The position numbers were made by a program, and so were the translations under genes. The notes under the pieces are model-generated. The model was not told where the DNA came from. It did no database searches and saw only the letters and a program-made list of their open reading frames with translations. This document shows, one piece after another, positions 37,075-50,259 of a DNA stretch of 64,000 bases. Origin of the DNA: Selaginella moellendorffii. Taxonomy: Eukaryota; Plantae; Lycopodiophyta. Within the stretch, counting starts at the first letter, position 1; every line of letters starts with the position of its first letter. The stretch is taken from the NCBI RefSeq assembly GCF_000143415.4, contig NW_003314264.1, forward strand, positions 476,774 through 540,773, in the 5' to 3' direction.

Positions 37075-40000
37075 TGGAACTCCCAACAAAGTGCTCAAGG
37101 AATGAGCATGAAACGAGCAATAAGTGAGGCTCTAAAAAGGGACCCAAAAGGACCAAAACATGACACGTGGAAGTGTCCGAGATGGAGTCTAAGATGGACC
37201 GAGACGGAGTCCGAGATGGAGTCCGAGACAGAGTCCGAGATGGAGTCCGAGATGGACCGAGACGGAGTCCGAGATGGACTGAGACGGAGTTCGAGATGGA
37301 GTCCGAGGTTAAGACTGAGACCGGGACCGAGACCGAGGCCGAGTCCGAGTCTGAGTCCGAGTCTGAGAGGGTGAAAGCCCAAAACATTCATCTCCCAGAC
37401 CCTGGGGGGTTTTGTGAGCTCAAAAAGTATAGTAAGGGGGAGGACTACAGTGGAGCCAGTTTGGCCAGGAAAGGCTAGTTTGGCCCAGGAAGGTTGTACC
37501 CAGTGTTGGGTGATGAGCTGCCCACTGGGAAGTCCAAGACTAGAGTGAACACAGATCGACAAACAGGGTAGCTTGGTGAAGTGTTCAAGAGCCGACTCTA
37601 GTTCCCCTAGGAGATCGACTGGCCGATGCTCCCAGTCCAAGTGTGGGTGGCACTACTTACTTAGATACCAGGTGTGGCTCAACGGAACCTCGCTCTAAGC
37701 CCATGGCTAGAGCACGCAAAGGTAGAAGGTGGGGAGAGTACCCACGAGGCTCGCGTAAGGCCACAGTGTTCCGAAACGTTGCCCCAAAGTCCCAGATTGT
37801 GAAAAGGAAGAGGAGCCGTTCTATAGTGTAGAGACCAAGGATACGGTCATGTGAGAAGGAAGTCCCAAAGGACCGTGGGACTTAGTGGTCGGGCCTGTGG
37901 GCCTCGATCCAGTGGTAGTGTTGGCGAACACGGCCATGGGCAGAAAGGGACTTGGTGGGGACCGGAAAGGGGATATTGGGGAAGGCTATTCCCCATGTCC
38001 ATAGGCATCCTAAAGATGCTAAAGAGTGGATCTAAGATGATTACTCATGGACGGATGGCCCAGTCTTTGAGAGACGGGACTGTGATGTAAGTGGTGTTAA
38101 GCCACCGATGTGACCAAGGTGAATAGGCATGGCCTTAGTGTAATGGGCTGATGTGTTGGTGGTACCTTAGGGTGTCAGTCATGGGATCAGACACGTGGAG
38201 CACTTGGACCAAGTGCAAAGGTTGAGTGGCAAGGATGCCATTCTCGGGGCTAGCAAGCCCAAGTCCAAAATAGGACTTATGGAGGTTGTGAGTGAGACTC
38301 CTCCAAGTGGTCGGAGGTGTGGTTAAGTGACTAAAGTAGATTGGAAAAATTAGTCGCTTACAACTTGGTATCGGAGCTGTTCCTTAGTCTGACTCTTATT
38401 AGTGCTCCAAGTATATCACCACTTGTATTGGAATTGGAAAGTCCTAGGTATGGACCTATCCTCGAGGAGTAGCATGTCGAGAGGACATGGCTCTCCACTC
38501 AAGTTCATGCATGAACTTGTGCACGATGTGGTGGATGGAAAAGGGCCAGTAAGAGAATGACTTTAGGATCTTGGGAATAGTATGAGGGTTTCCTCAGAGA
38601 GTTGAGGATGTGATCCAGATGAGCGTTTGACGCAACAAACGGGCTAATGTAGTTGTGGAAAACAACTATAGTTGGGATCACGGGAAAGATGCAAACTCCA
38701 AGACAATAATGGAGTTACAAAATTACCCTCATATAGTTGAGGCTGGTGCTTATGAATTTGAGACCGGAATTAATGACCGTGGAAGGTCAAATACGAAAGA
38801 GGACACAAGTCCTTGAAATGGTAGCCAGGGCTACCTCTAATAAATGCTGGAACAACCCAAGGAGTTGGGGGTGTACTTAGAGGATGAGTTGGTATTCTCA
38901 TCACATGGACAAATGGTCCTAAGTGGCAAAAGGTTGCCCTAAGAGAACAAATCAAGTGTCGGAGTAACACTTGTAAAGATGGCCCTTGTGAGTAGGATTG
39001 GTCCCTGTGAGTAGGACTGGTCCTTGTGAGTAGGACTTGAATACAAGAATTTGTATTCCAGTGAGTTGGCATCTCAAAGGTGGGACCTCATGGGTCGTCA
39101 AATGACAAAGTCCAAAAAGCTAAAGGACTCAAATAGAGTCAAGGAATAATCTTGAAGGATTGATGAAAGCATTTGGACTGAGGTGTGTTGTACCTCACGA
39201 ATGATGGGGGGGGATCATAGGATCCAAGGATGAGAACAGAGGGTATCTCATCGATGGCAGAATGTGCCCTGCTAAAGTCTTGGGAAATGTGTACCTAGAA
39301 AAAGCAACTTTGGTGCAGAGTTGTGTGCGAACACTATGGTGTAGTGCTAACGGATAGTTGGCATGAGAAATGATTGGGTTGGTCTTGGCAAAGACTTAGA
39401 CACAAGTGCAAAGTGTCATAAAAGCAGACGCATGGAGCCGATAGTATGGAGACACCAAATGGGCTAATGTGTGATGCCTTGAGGTTATGTTGATGGGTTC
39501 ATGAGAACCCCTTACCAAGAGAATCCCAATGGACATGGGAATGGCATAGCTTATGCTGGAAGGCATGTGGTTGGAGTGTGGTGACCTAGATAATGATGGA
39601 GGTGTGGAAGCACCAAGCAATGAGTTGTAGGACTTAACAACTATGAGGCAACTAAACATGAAGTGTAGGTAATTGGTTAAACGAGTAGAAGGTAACTACC
39701 CAAGACTTCTTAATGGCATAAAGAAGTTAAATATACCTTTATCGGGGATAAGTTGTTTATGTTGCGATATAGTAAGTCAATGTCATAAAAGGAAATGCTC
39801 ATTGTCAAGGATGCTATCATTGGGACACCTAAACTCTCTAGAACCCCAAGAGGTGGTGTTTGGAGTCACAAGGGCATTAGATAAGGCCCAAGGGACTAAG
39901 TCCCTAGCGAATGATAGATAGGAAGTGTTATCCAAACGTCCAAGGTTTTAGAGACGGGAGAAATCCATCTACCCGATTTGGACAAAGCCAAAAATGGGAT

Positions 40001-42280
40001 TTTGGCAAGACTAGTAATGGGCATATAAAGGCCCATAAGTAGCAATGTTAATCCCGGTGTGTGGTATTATAAGGTGAGCATGCCCAGATTGAGAAACCAC
40101 TCCCTAACCTATTAGATAGGTTCATCCCTATGAATACTTGCTAAGGCATGGTAGAAGGTGCAAAGTTATCCTCCTAGTTTGGAGGAAAATAACCAAAGGA
40201 AACATATGAGGCCAAAAGGCAAGTAGTATTAGGATGGAACTGAACCATAGAAATCGAAGGGCATAACCAACGGTAGTTATGTAAGTTGGGAGTGGAGAAT
40301 CAAAAGGGTGCTCAAGGATGTTACTACTAGCAACCACGATGCCATGGAGAGTCTAAAATGTGGAATTATCCATATTAGACCATATGGGGAGTAAGGAGCT
40401 TGTGAAGGAGAAGCCTTAGCAAGTTAAGGAACAGAGTTCCTTGAAGGTTCTCAAAGACAATTCTAGGTAGATAAGTACCTAGAAAGCCAAGTGTAAATGG
40501 TTCCTAGAGTGTGCAAAATCAGAGTGGCGCAGCAAAAGTGTGGTCTTGAAGCTGGCCATGAGGCGAGGCTATCAAGGTTGGGGAAGTAGTTCCCAAATGT
40601 TCAAAGAGAGAGCTTTGAATGAAAGTCAATGATTAAGGACTTTCACACTTATGCATGAACCATGTTACGGTGGCCAGATGACTTGGTAAGTGAGATTGGC
40701 AAATCAGGGGAACAAATCCCCTAGTTAAAGGTGTTAACTTCAAAAAGGGTGGCCCATGGGGCCGAGCATGGAGGAGTCCTTGCATGATCACAGACTTGTC
40801 AAGTGAAAGGACTTGGCAGTGTGGAGGAACTAGGTTCCTAAGCTGTGATCTATAACATGCTTTAAGTACATGATGGTGCACTGGCGTGGGGAGTCATGCC
40901 AAGCATCCTATGTGATGCCATCCGTAGATGCATATATGGAGGTTGGGTTTGAGTCCCGACCCTCTAGTGCTTGGGTTCGAGTCCCAAATTACTAGGGCGT
41001 GGTGATGGTTTGGAATATAAGGACACTCATTTTTCGGTGGTCATGGACTCTCAGTGAGGAGACTGGTTTGGGCACACCGCCAAACGAGGGATGCCTCGGA
41101 GTCGTGATGCATGGTTAGATTGCTTAATGTGGCTTGGCATATCTAACTTAAACACTTTGGTGCGAATGGCACCAAGGACGTGGTGAATGAGATGGGGACA
41201 CCCAGTCTCAATTGCTATGGACCCTTAGCCGGAAAGGTTGGCTTGGGTGCACCATCAAGTGTGGGGGATGCCCCTGGGGTCATGGTCAACAACTTAAAGG
41301 TCTGGAAGACCTAATACCTATTGGCAAACCTGTTAAGGTGCCAAGGTTAGATCACTAGGTGGTCTTATGGCTAAAACAAGGACAAGGTCTTTGTGAGTTT
41401 AAGGGATAAAGTTCCTTCAAAAGTGTTGATTAGAACTATTGATGATGGTGTGGCTTGGTCAAGGTGACCAAGTGGGAAGAACACCCAAGGGAAATGAGCT
41501 ATGTCAATGCGATGGCATAGTAAGTCCGAGGAAAGTAGTCTCTATAAGAGATCCAAGGGGGGGGGGTCTTAAACGTTGGGTCGTGGATAGAGCTCACAGC
41601 AGAAAATGTTAAACAGACGTACTAGGGGTGAACACCCTCTGGACTTGGCAAAGCAAAGTGTTGCTATGGAACCGAAAGGAAACCTAAAAAATGGAGGTAG
41701 CGATTCTATGTTGCTGGGTACAACAATCAAGGATAAGAGAAAAAGACTAGTGGTTAAGAAAAGAGCCATGGGAATCATAGGAAAGAATCCAAATGGCAAA
41801 GTTAGGCGAGAACACTAATGTATTAGGTGTTAACGGATTGTGGGAAAGGCAATGTTTCCCCAAGGATGGATTCCCAACCACTCCGATTTGGCAAAAGTGG
41901 ATGCTCCAAAGGGGGGAGCGGTAAGCTAGCCAAATAATAGGGCCGTGGGCAACCCTAGCACAAATTATAATAACTGGAACTTAGTGCTAAAGGTGGCACA
42001 ATATCAAAAAGAGGATGATGGTGCCCTCAAGTAAAGAACTTCCTAGGATGGGGAAGTGGAGTTGCACCATGTGCAACGTAGGGTGTCGGAGACACCTAGG
42101 AAATTGACTCTGAGAAGTCAAAATTAAAAGTTCCAAAGTGCAAAGGTTAGGTTGATGGAATTTGAGACAACTCGAGAATGAGTAGTGGAATTGTGTTAGA
42201 TAGGGTGTCTCTAACAAGTTTAGCGAGAACTGAACTAATAAAAGGGAACAGACCACCCCAGATGGTCGAGTGAGTCTTTA

Positions 42281-42936
42281 TGTAGCGCACCTTATCTCTC
42301 TCCCCTTAAGCCAACTGGAAAAGGGGCAATTGCTTGATGAGAGAGCCCTTAATGGCTATTTTATCCCCCAAGGTTCCAAGGATCCACGGTGACAGTATAT
42401 CCAAATCTCATCCCATGATCACATACGCTACACTCACCCCCCCTTCAGAGATGTCCATGTCCTCATTGACTATTGACTAACAACCCCTACTGAGCCAAGG
42501 GGAACCAGCACCTCCATTTTCGCACTCAATCTACCAATCCTTCCATTGTGTAGATTAGTTATTCCATGTGAGGCAACTAGTCATCCACCCGTACCGCAAT
42601 CCCATGGTGAATACCTTCGTCCGTGGATACTTCACACAAGAGGAAGGACGTACGCATGGATGCCCAATACATATGATTTCAAATTTAAGGGTAGGAATAT
42701 ACTTTGCTCAAGGGTATATTATACTTTTTTAAGTAGCCACTAATCAATGGGAATCGAACCCATGCCATTTGCTCTGATACCAACTGTAGTGCACTTTATC
42801 TCTCTCCCCTTAAGCCAACTGGAAAAGGGGCACTTGCTTGATGAGAGAGCCCTTAGTGGCTATTTTATCCCCCAAGGTTCCAAAGATCCACGGTGACAGT
42901 ATATCCAAATCTCATCCCATGATCATATGCGCTACA
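42281..42936 (-). mobile_element. TRIM, copy 2 (best preserved)
   Basis: 152-bp LTRs 42281-42432 and 42785-42936, PBS (GCTCTGATACCA), PPT (CTCACCCCCCCTTC), TSD CTTTA/CTCTA. Confidence 0.9.
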
Positions 42937-43402
42937 CTCTATGTTGAAGAGACTATGCTCCTTAGAGGATAAACAAGGCATGGTGAGCCTTTGGTGTCAA
43001 ACCATAGACAAATATTAGTTGGGTGCCAAGGATAGAAATGGTAATACATGCGGGTGTTACTTTATAAAACTTTACCATTCAATGAGGACATCAAACTTCG
43101 TCTATGGGTGGTGGAGTTGTGAGACACAAAATCCCTAAGCCCCAAAGTGGAGCCAGAAGGGCGCCACGTAGTAGTGGCCGAAGCAAAAGCCAAACGAGTG
43201 TAACATGTTTGGACTAAAAGCTCTGCCTTGAAAGGTCGAGAGCGGGAGTGGAACTCCCAACAAAATGCTCGAGGAATGAGCATGAAACGAGCAATAAGCG
43301 AGGCTTTAAAAAGGGACCCAAAAGGACCAAAATATGACATGTGGAAGTGTCCGAGATGGAGTCTGAGATGGACCGAGATGGAGTCTGAGATGGAGTCCAA
43401 GA

Positions 43403-45940
43403 CATAGTTACGAACACGAACACGGAACATGAACACGAGCCTCAGATTTCAGGAACCCGAACACGGAACACAATCACGGCCCACGATGGCTCACGAATAT
43501 TCTACTGAATATTCTAAGAATATGTTATTTAAAAATTATATTCTATTTCTTATTATATTATTATAGGAATATGCTATATTTTATTATATTATTCTTAATA
43601 TTTTTATTTGCACATAAACTACTTCACACTTTTAAACTACTCAAATATCCTGCATCTCATCGTCATCTTCAACCTCATGATCTTCGACCTCACAATCTTC
43701 GACATCATCTCCATCTTCCTCTTCCTGTCCTGACTCAAGCTCGTCTTCAGGATGAGGAACTGTCTCCAGGACTTTGTAGCTTACAAACTTGTCGTAATCA
43801 CGATCATTTTTGCAGGTTAACAACCTGGTGTTGCAAGCCACAAAAACCAGATCCGCTGTTCTGTCCATGGTAAGTCTGTTCCTCTTTTTTGAAGAAACAT
43901 GCTCGAAAGTACTGAACAATCTCTCCACCGAGGACGACGAGCATGCCTGACTTAGAACTCGAATGGCCAACTTCTAAAGAGCTGGAGTTTCATAACCATA
44001 GTCCTCCCACCAACGTACAGCTCCCCTCTTAGTGCGATCAGCCTTAGCATCATATGAGTTGAAAATGCCTCCTATCCTCCAGTAAGTTAAAAGCTCATCA
44101 CATATCACATCCCTCTCACTGGATGTAAACATGGCCAGCAGATAAGCATTCCAGTCCTTCATGACCTCTCTGTTAGCATGCTTTTCATACTCCTGAAACT
44201 CGGGGTCCAACATGTACGCCACCGAGTGCATGAGCGAGTGATACTCATGCCACCTATTAGACATGATCTGATGAAGTTCCCTGTACCTGCCATAATCCGA
44301 CTGTCCTTCCTCTAAACTTGCATCCAACCTGTTCATGCACTCATATATCTTTCCAATCGCAGGTATATCACCGTCCACAACACGAAGAAGCAGCATAACA
44401 TCCTTGGACACCTCTAGCATGTCCTTAACCTGTTGCCAGAAACTGTCATCAAAAACCGTTGCATAACTGTCCCTTCCTGCTCTCGACTTCGACTCAGGCC
44501 TTGCTCTGTACGCAGGGCATACGAACATCTATTGTAAAGCTTCTCGGAGCTCCACCAGCCTCTCCATCATAATGAAGTTGTAGCTGAACCTGGTATCACA
44601 ATAACGCAGCAATCACTTGTGAGTAAACTCCGCCAGCAGTGCCACTATATGAGAGTGGTTTCTAACGAAGATCACCAAAGACTTTCCACGCTCCAGAAGT
44701 GTTGCCATCCATGGAAGTACACCGAAGTCTTTCAAGGCATTGTTCAAGCAATGGGCAAAACATGCTGCCCATTGAATTTTCGGGTACCTCTGTTGCAAAA
44801 GTGCTGCTGCTGCTCTGTTTGCATTTTCCCCATCGGTCACAACCATGACAACGTTCTCTACACCTACAATGTTAATGCCTTCTTCCCAGCAGCGCAGAGT
44901 ATTTTCAGCTGTTTTTCCTGTTAAGGAAATGTCGATAGCCTTCAAAAAAGCTCCTCGTCCTTGACTATATGCCACAAGCCCCATGATATGCCGATTCCTC
45001 CTATCTGCCCACCCGTCTGCGCATATGGTTGCACCCCTCTGCTCCCACTGCTTCCTCAAGGACGCCATCTCAATATCAATGAATCGTTTCTCTTTCACCA
45101 AAAGCTCATCCCGGAGATCATCATATTTTGGTGGTGCATAAGGCATACCATGCCTGGCAACTTCCTGTATCATGTTGAGGAAGTAAGGTGACTGAGCCTT
45201 GACAAATGGAATGTGTTCATTCCAAAAAAATCTTCCGATAGCCACATCAACTCGGTTCTTCCGCTCAGGATCCATCGAATCAATAATATGGACTTGACTC
45301 TATTTGCTAAAAAACAGGGAACTGCAGCCACTTCCACTTGACTGGGATGATACCACCGGTGGAAATCCTTGGACATTGCCATCCATTCTCATAGAAGCAC
45401 CACCAGATTCATTCGGCCGTTTCTTCCCCCTTGCCCCTTTCTCGGAATCAATAACCTTTTGCATATTGAGCAGATCTGCTTTCTTGTTACCTGGGATGAG
45501 AGGACAACTCACAATATCCTTGCTGCCTGGGCCTTCTCCTAACAGATGAGCTCGCACACGATCAACACCACTCAGTTTGTTCACCATTGGGCAGTATTTG
45601 CATGACCATAATTTGTGGCCATGCCCCCTGCTCTCAAGAACACTTACCTCATCCCACCATCGCGAAGAAGGATGCTTTTGCAGTATGCTGGATTGCTGCG
45701 CCATGCTTGTTTGCCTTGGATTGCTGCTGCTGTGCCCTGAAATGGTGTGCCCTGGCTGGATTGTCGTGTGATGCCGTGCGCCCTAAAACCAGAATATTCC
45801 GCGCGAGAATATTCTGAACAGTGGTCCGTGTTACTAACACGGACCACTGTTCACGAACACGGCCGTGGGAACACGACCCATGGCCGTGTTCGTGAAACAC
45901 GGTGAACACGGCTGGGATCCCAGCCGTGTTCGTAACACGG
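43403..45940 (-). mobile_element. hAT DNA transposon
   Basis: 8-bp TSD GTCCAAGA; imperfect TIRs sharing GTTACGAACACG; subterminal AACACG repeats. Confidence 0.93.
43641..45704 (-). pseudogene. hAT transposase (BED finger, DUF659, dimerisation domain) with in-frame stops
   Basis: WSCKYC..RVRAHL, ICADGWAD, VVTDGENA, CFAHCLNNAL, SSSSVERLFSTF..RNRL; four ORFs in one frame. Confidence 0.9.
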
Positions 45941-46195
45941 GTCCAAGATGGACCGAGATAGAGTCCGAGATGGAGTCCGAGATGAATCCGAGATGGAGTT
46001 TGAGATGGAGTCTGAGATGGAGTCCGAGATGGACCAAGACGGAGTCCAAGATGGAGTCCGAGATGGACCAAGACGGAGTCCAAGATGGAGTCCGAGATGG
46101 ACTGAGATGGACTGAGACGGAGTCCGAGATGGAGTCCGAGATGGACCGAGATGGAGTTCGAGGTCAAGACCGAGACCAGGACCGAGACTGAGACT

Positions 46196-46229
<34 letters not shown>

Positions 46230-49200
46230 TCGGGACTGAGACCGAGACCGAGGCCAAGGCCGAGCCCAAGTCCAAGTCCAAGTTCGAGTCCAAGTCCAAG
46301 TCCGAGTCTGAGAGGGTGAAAGCCAAAAGCGTTCGTCTCCCAGACCCTGGGGGGTTTGGTGAGCTCCAAAAGTATAGTAAGGGGGAGGACTGCAGTGGAG
46401 CCAGTTTGGCCAGGAAAGGCCAGTTTGGCCCAGGAAGGCTGTACCTAGTGTTGGGTGATGAGTTGCCCATAGGGGGCTAGCAAGCCCAAGTCCAAAATAA
46501 GACTTATGGAGGTTGTGAGTGAGACTCCTCCAAGTGGTCGGAGGTGTGGTTAAGTGACTAAAGTAGATTGGAAAAATTAGTCGCTTACACTTTCTTTTAG
46601 AAGTATCATTAAGGAGTTCACTTGGCACCAGTTCATCCAGCATTTACTTTCTAAGCTTGTTTTTATAACAAGAAGTCTTCTATTATTCTCTTTATGTTCG
46701 TTGATACATATTCAAGTTTATCTTCTGTTGTTCGACCTATTACCATACGTTGCCATCTACATTTGCATCATGCAATAAAGTTATTTTTCATTTTTTATGG
46801 AAACAATCATACACACACATATGCATGGGATGAGGCAAACCTAATTGTGCATATGGGCAATCTCGAGCTTGAGTTGTAGATATTGTAGGTGGTGTCAAGT
46901 CAAGCTTTTGACCTCATCCTTGGTATGGATTAGTTGTAGTGCAATAATGCTAAGTGTAACTTTAAGGCTTCTCCTTTTTATCTTATACTTCTTTATATTT
47001 TTTATATTCTTCTCACTTTTGTACCTCTTTGTCTATTTCTACTTTTGTTTCCATCACTTTTGCCTCCCTATTACTTCCTCCTATGTTTCCATCTTATTCC
47101 TTTTTTCTATTTTCCGATCCCTCCAATAGTCTTTGTATTATAGCAGTTGACCAGGTCATGAAGGAGTATGTCGATCTTTTTGAATTTAACCTATCATCTA
47201 ATGCCAAGATTGCCACAAGTCATCCTATTCCAACTGAGGATGCTTGTCCACTCAAGGTTCCGGTTTGTCATTGGTCACCTAAAGAGATCAAGATTTTATA
47301 TACAAATGTCAAGGAGATGTTGGAAAAGAGTGTTATTTGAAAGTCACAAAATCCTTGGGCGTATGAATCTCATCTTGTGATGAAAGTAGTCGTTTCTGCA
47401 TCGACTATCATCCATTAAATAAGATGATTGATTTTAAATATGTACCCTCTTCCTCACACTGTTGATCTCTTGGATCATATGGGGAGAAGTTGTTAATTCA
47501 CCAAGTTAGATTTTGCTTTTGGGTATTGACAAATACCGATGGCTGAAAAAGATATTTCTAAGATTGCTTTTTGTACACCATTTGGTTTGTACAAGTTCTT
47601 GGTGATGCTATCTTATTTGAACTTGCTCTAACAAATGATGGATGAGGTTCTTTGTGATATGTTAGAGGTGATTGTTTACTTCATTGATGATGTATTGATC
47701 CACTCGAAGGGACGTAAAAGGAACACGTTTATGATATTTGTAAGGTGTTGGAATGGCTATAGAAAGTTGGTTTAAAACTAAAGTGGTCAAAATGTATATA
47801 TGGGTCTAAGGACATGACTTATCTTAGGTACTTTATTTCTCGTGAGGGTTTGTAAGTTGATCATGACAAACTTGTGGCTATTTTAAAGTTCCTTACTCCA
47901 AAATGTGTGAATGATATGCAGTGCTTCTTATGCAAGATGCAGTATCTTAGTCATTTTGTTGATCATTTTTTTTATCACACTACACCGTTGCAAGTGTTAC
48001 TGAAGTTGTCAATATCATCTTTCATTTGGTTTGCAGACTGTGAGCTGATGTTTGTGAATCTCAAAAAGGTATTGATGACTCCTTTGGTTTTGACGTGTCC
48101 TAACTACAATCAACTTTTCATTTTTCATATGGATGCTTCTAATATCGATTTTGGAGGTGTGTTAATGCAAGAGAGCCCAAGTGTGTTTAGTCAGCACCAT
48201 CTTATTGCATATATCAACTATATATTACATCTAGCAAAAGTAAACTACTCTACAACAGAGAAGGAGTGTTTAACAGTAGTTTGGGGTTTTGAAAAACTTC
48301 ATGCATATTTAAATGGTTATTGGATGTTACTAAAAGGTGATTATATTGCAATTATTTTATTATTGAAGCGGAAGAACTTGGTTGGCCATACTGTTTAGTG
48401 GGCTTTGAAGCTTCAGATATATGATTTTGTTATTATTTATTGCCTAAGGGGCTCTATAGTTGATGCTAATGCCCTTTCTCGAGCTCCTCTTCCTTTTTCA
48501 TCTCTTTTCATGTTTTCAATGAGTCTATTGTTCTAACATCTGTAAATTTTTTACATAAGGATTCTATGCCGTTGGTAGTTGTTGTACTTGATGTACAGTG
48601 TCCACAAAGTGTAGAACAAGATTTACCTTCTTTTGTCAAAGTTCACGAGGCTAAAAAAATTGAGCTGTGGATTCGAAGGCTTCAAGATAGATTTGAGAAT
48701 TTTGCATCACTAACTGATGACTTGCTATTTCAGCATTTACATTTCCAATATCGCCTTGAGGATGGTCTTCTTTATTTTATGGGGACAAATCCTGATGATC
48801 ATTTATGGCTAGTGGTGCCTTCAATTTTTATTCTATGCTTTCTCCATGTTTACCATGATTCTCCTATTTTAGAGGGTATATGGGACATCATCATATGAAC
48901 GAGAAGCTATGCAAATCTTTCTAGTAGCCGAAGATGCAACATGATATTATCCAATATGTGCATAGTTGCATTTAGTGCCAAACTTGTAATATTCCCCCTT
49001 ATGCTGCAGAACGATAGTTGAAGTTAATTGCAATTTTCTGTTCATTTGAGTTGGCGGCATTTGATTTAATGGGACCATTTCCAAGATCGACTATTGGCAA
49101 TGAGTATATTAACATTATTGCTTCTGATTATTTAATTCATTGGTTGGAAGTCGGTGCTCTTGCTAGGGTGCCTACAACTACTATTGAATACTTCCTCTTT

Positions 49201-49300
49201 AATCGAGTGGTATTTTAGCATTCTTGTCCGGAGTAAATTTTTTCAGATAATGCTCTTGCATTTATGGTTGAGGCATTTCACGCTTTGATGTCTTGGTTGG

Positions 49301-50259
49301 TGTAAGCTCTTGAATTTAGACTTCCCAAGAGGTTATCTGTAGCGCATGTGATCATGGGATGAAATTTGGATATACTATCACCATAGATCCTTGGAACCTT
49401 AGGGGATAAATAGGGATAAAATAGCCATTAAGGGCTCTCTCATTAAGCAATTGCCCCTTTTCCAGTTAGCTTAAGGGGAGAGAGATAGAGTGTGGTACAT
49501 GTGGTATCGGAGCAAATGGCATGAGTTCAATTCCTATTGATTAGTGGCTACTTAAAAATATAATATACCCTTGAGCAAAGTATATTCCTACCCCTAAATT
49601 TGAAATCGTATGTATTGGGCATCCATGTGTACATCCTTCCTCTTATGTGGAGTATCACGGATGAAAGTATCCACTGTGGGACTACGGTACGGGTGGATGA
49701 CTAATTGCCTCATATAGAATAACTGGCCTACACAATAGAAGGATTGGTGGATTCAATGCGAAAATGGAGGTGTTCGTTCCCTTTAGCTCAATAGGGGTTG
49801 TTAGTTAATAGTCAATAAGGACATTGACATTTTTGAAGGGGGGGTGAGTGTAGCGCATATGATCATGGGATAGTCAATGAGGACATTGACATTTCTAAAA
49901 GGGGGGTGAGTGTAGCACATGTGATCATGGGATGAGATTTGGATATACTATCACCATGGATCTTTGGAACCTTGGGGGATAAATGGGGATAAAATAATCA
50001 CTAAGGGCTCTCTCATTAAACAATTGCCCTTTTTTTAGTTGGCTTAAGGGGAGAGAGATAAGGTATGTTAGATCACCTAGCCCAATACTATTCAAACCCA
50101 AGGACACTTAACCTTAAGCATCTCGAGACCTTTAACCGATTGAAAAAAGAGGTGCACTGTTATTTATGGGCCCTTTCTTTTTATATTTAAACCCCATGGA
50201 TCATCTCTAAAGTCATTCTCTTTGGTTACTTATAATTAGGGATATGCCACACTTTCACA
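49301..50259 (-). mobile_element. Cassandra-like solo LTR with 5S rRNA internal-promoter region, interrupted by a TRIM
   Basis: TG...CA ends; reconstructed GTTAAGTGTCCTTGGGTTTGAATAGTATTGGGCTAGGTGA|CCTCTTGGGAAGTC aligns to the plant 5S box A-IE-box C region. Confidence 0.7.
49338..50072 (+). mobile_element. TRIM, copy 3, with ~61-bp duplication at the PPT/3' LTR junction
   Basis: 5' LTR 49338-49499, PBS TGGTATCGGAGC, two GGGGGGTGAG-TGTAGC junctions, degenerate TSD TTATC/TCACC. Confidence 0.85.

Larger units (their letters stand above)
35174..46589 (+). mobile_element. Non-autonomous (LARD-like) LTR element with satellite-containing LTRs
   Basis: TSD CTTTC; 5' LTR 35174-38362, PBS TGGTATCGGAGC at 38366, PPT before 43118, 3' LTR 43118-46589; no recognisable internal ORF. 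Confidence 0.88.

Noticed and set aside
36084-37640. 347-aa and other Ser/Asp/Gly-Leu repeat ORFs (also 45649-46643)
   Set aside because: Stop-free frames from the LTR satellite; no domain content.
38363-43117. gag-pol in the LARD-like internal region
   Set aside because: Only short ORFs without retroelement motifs.
49301-50113. Functional 5S rRNA gene
   Set aside because: Only the ~54-nt internal promoter region is similar, and it is interrupted and embedded in an LTR.
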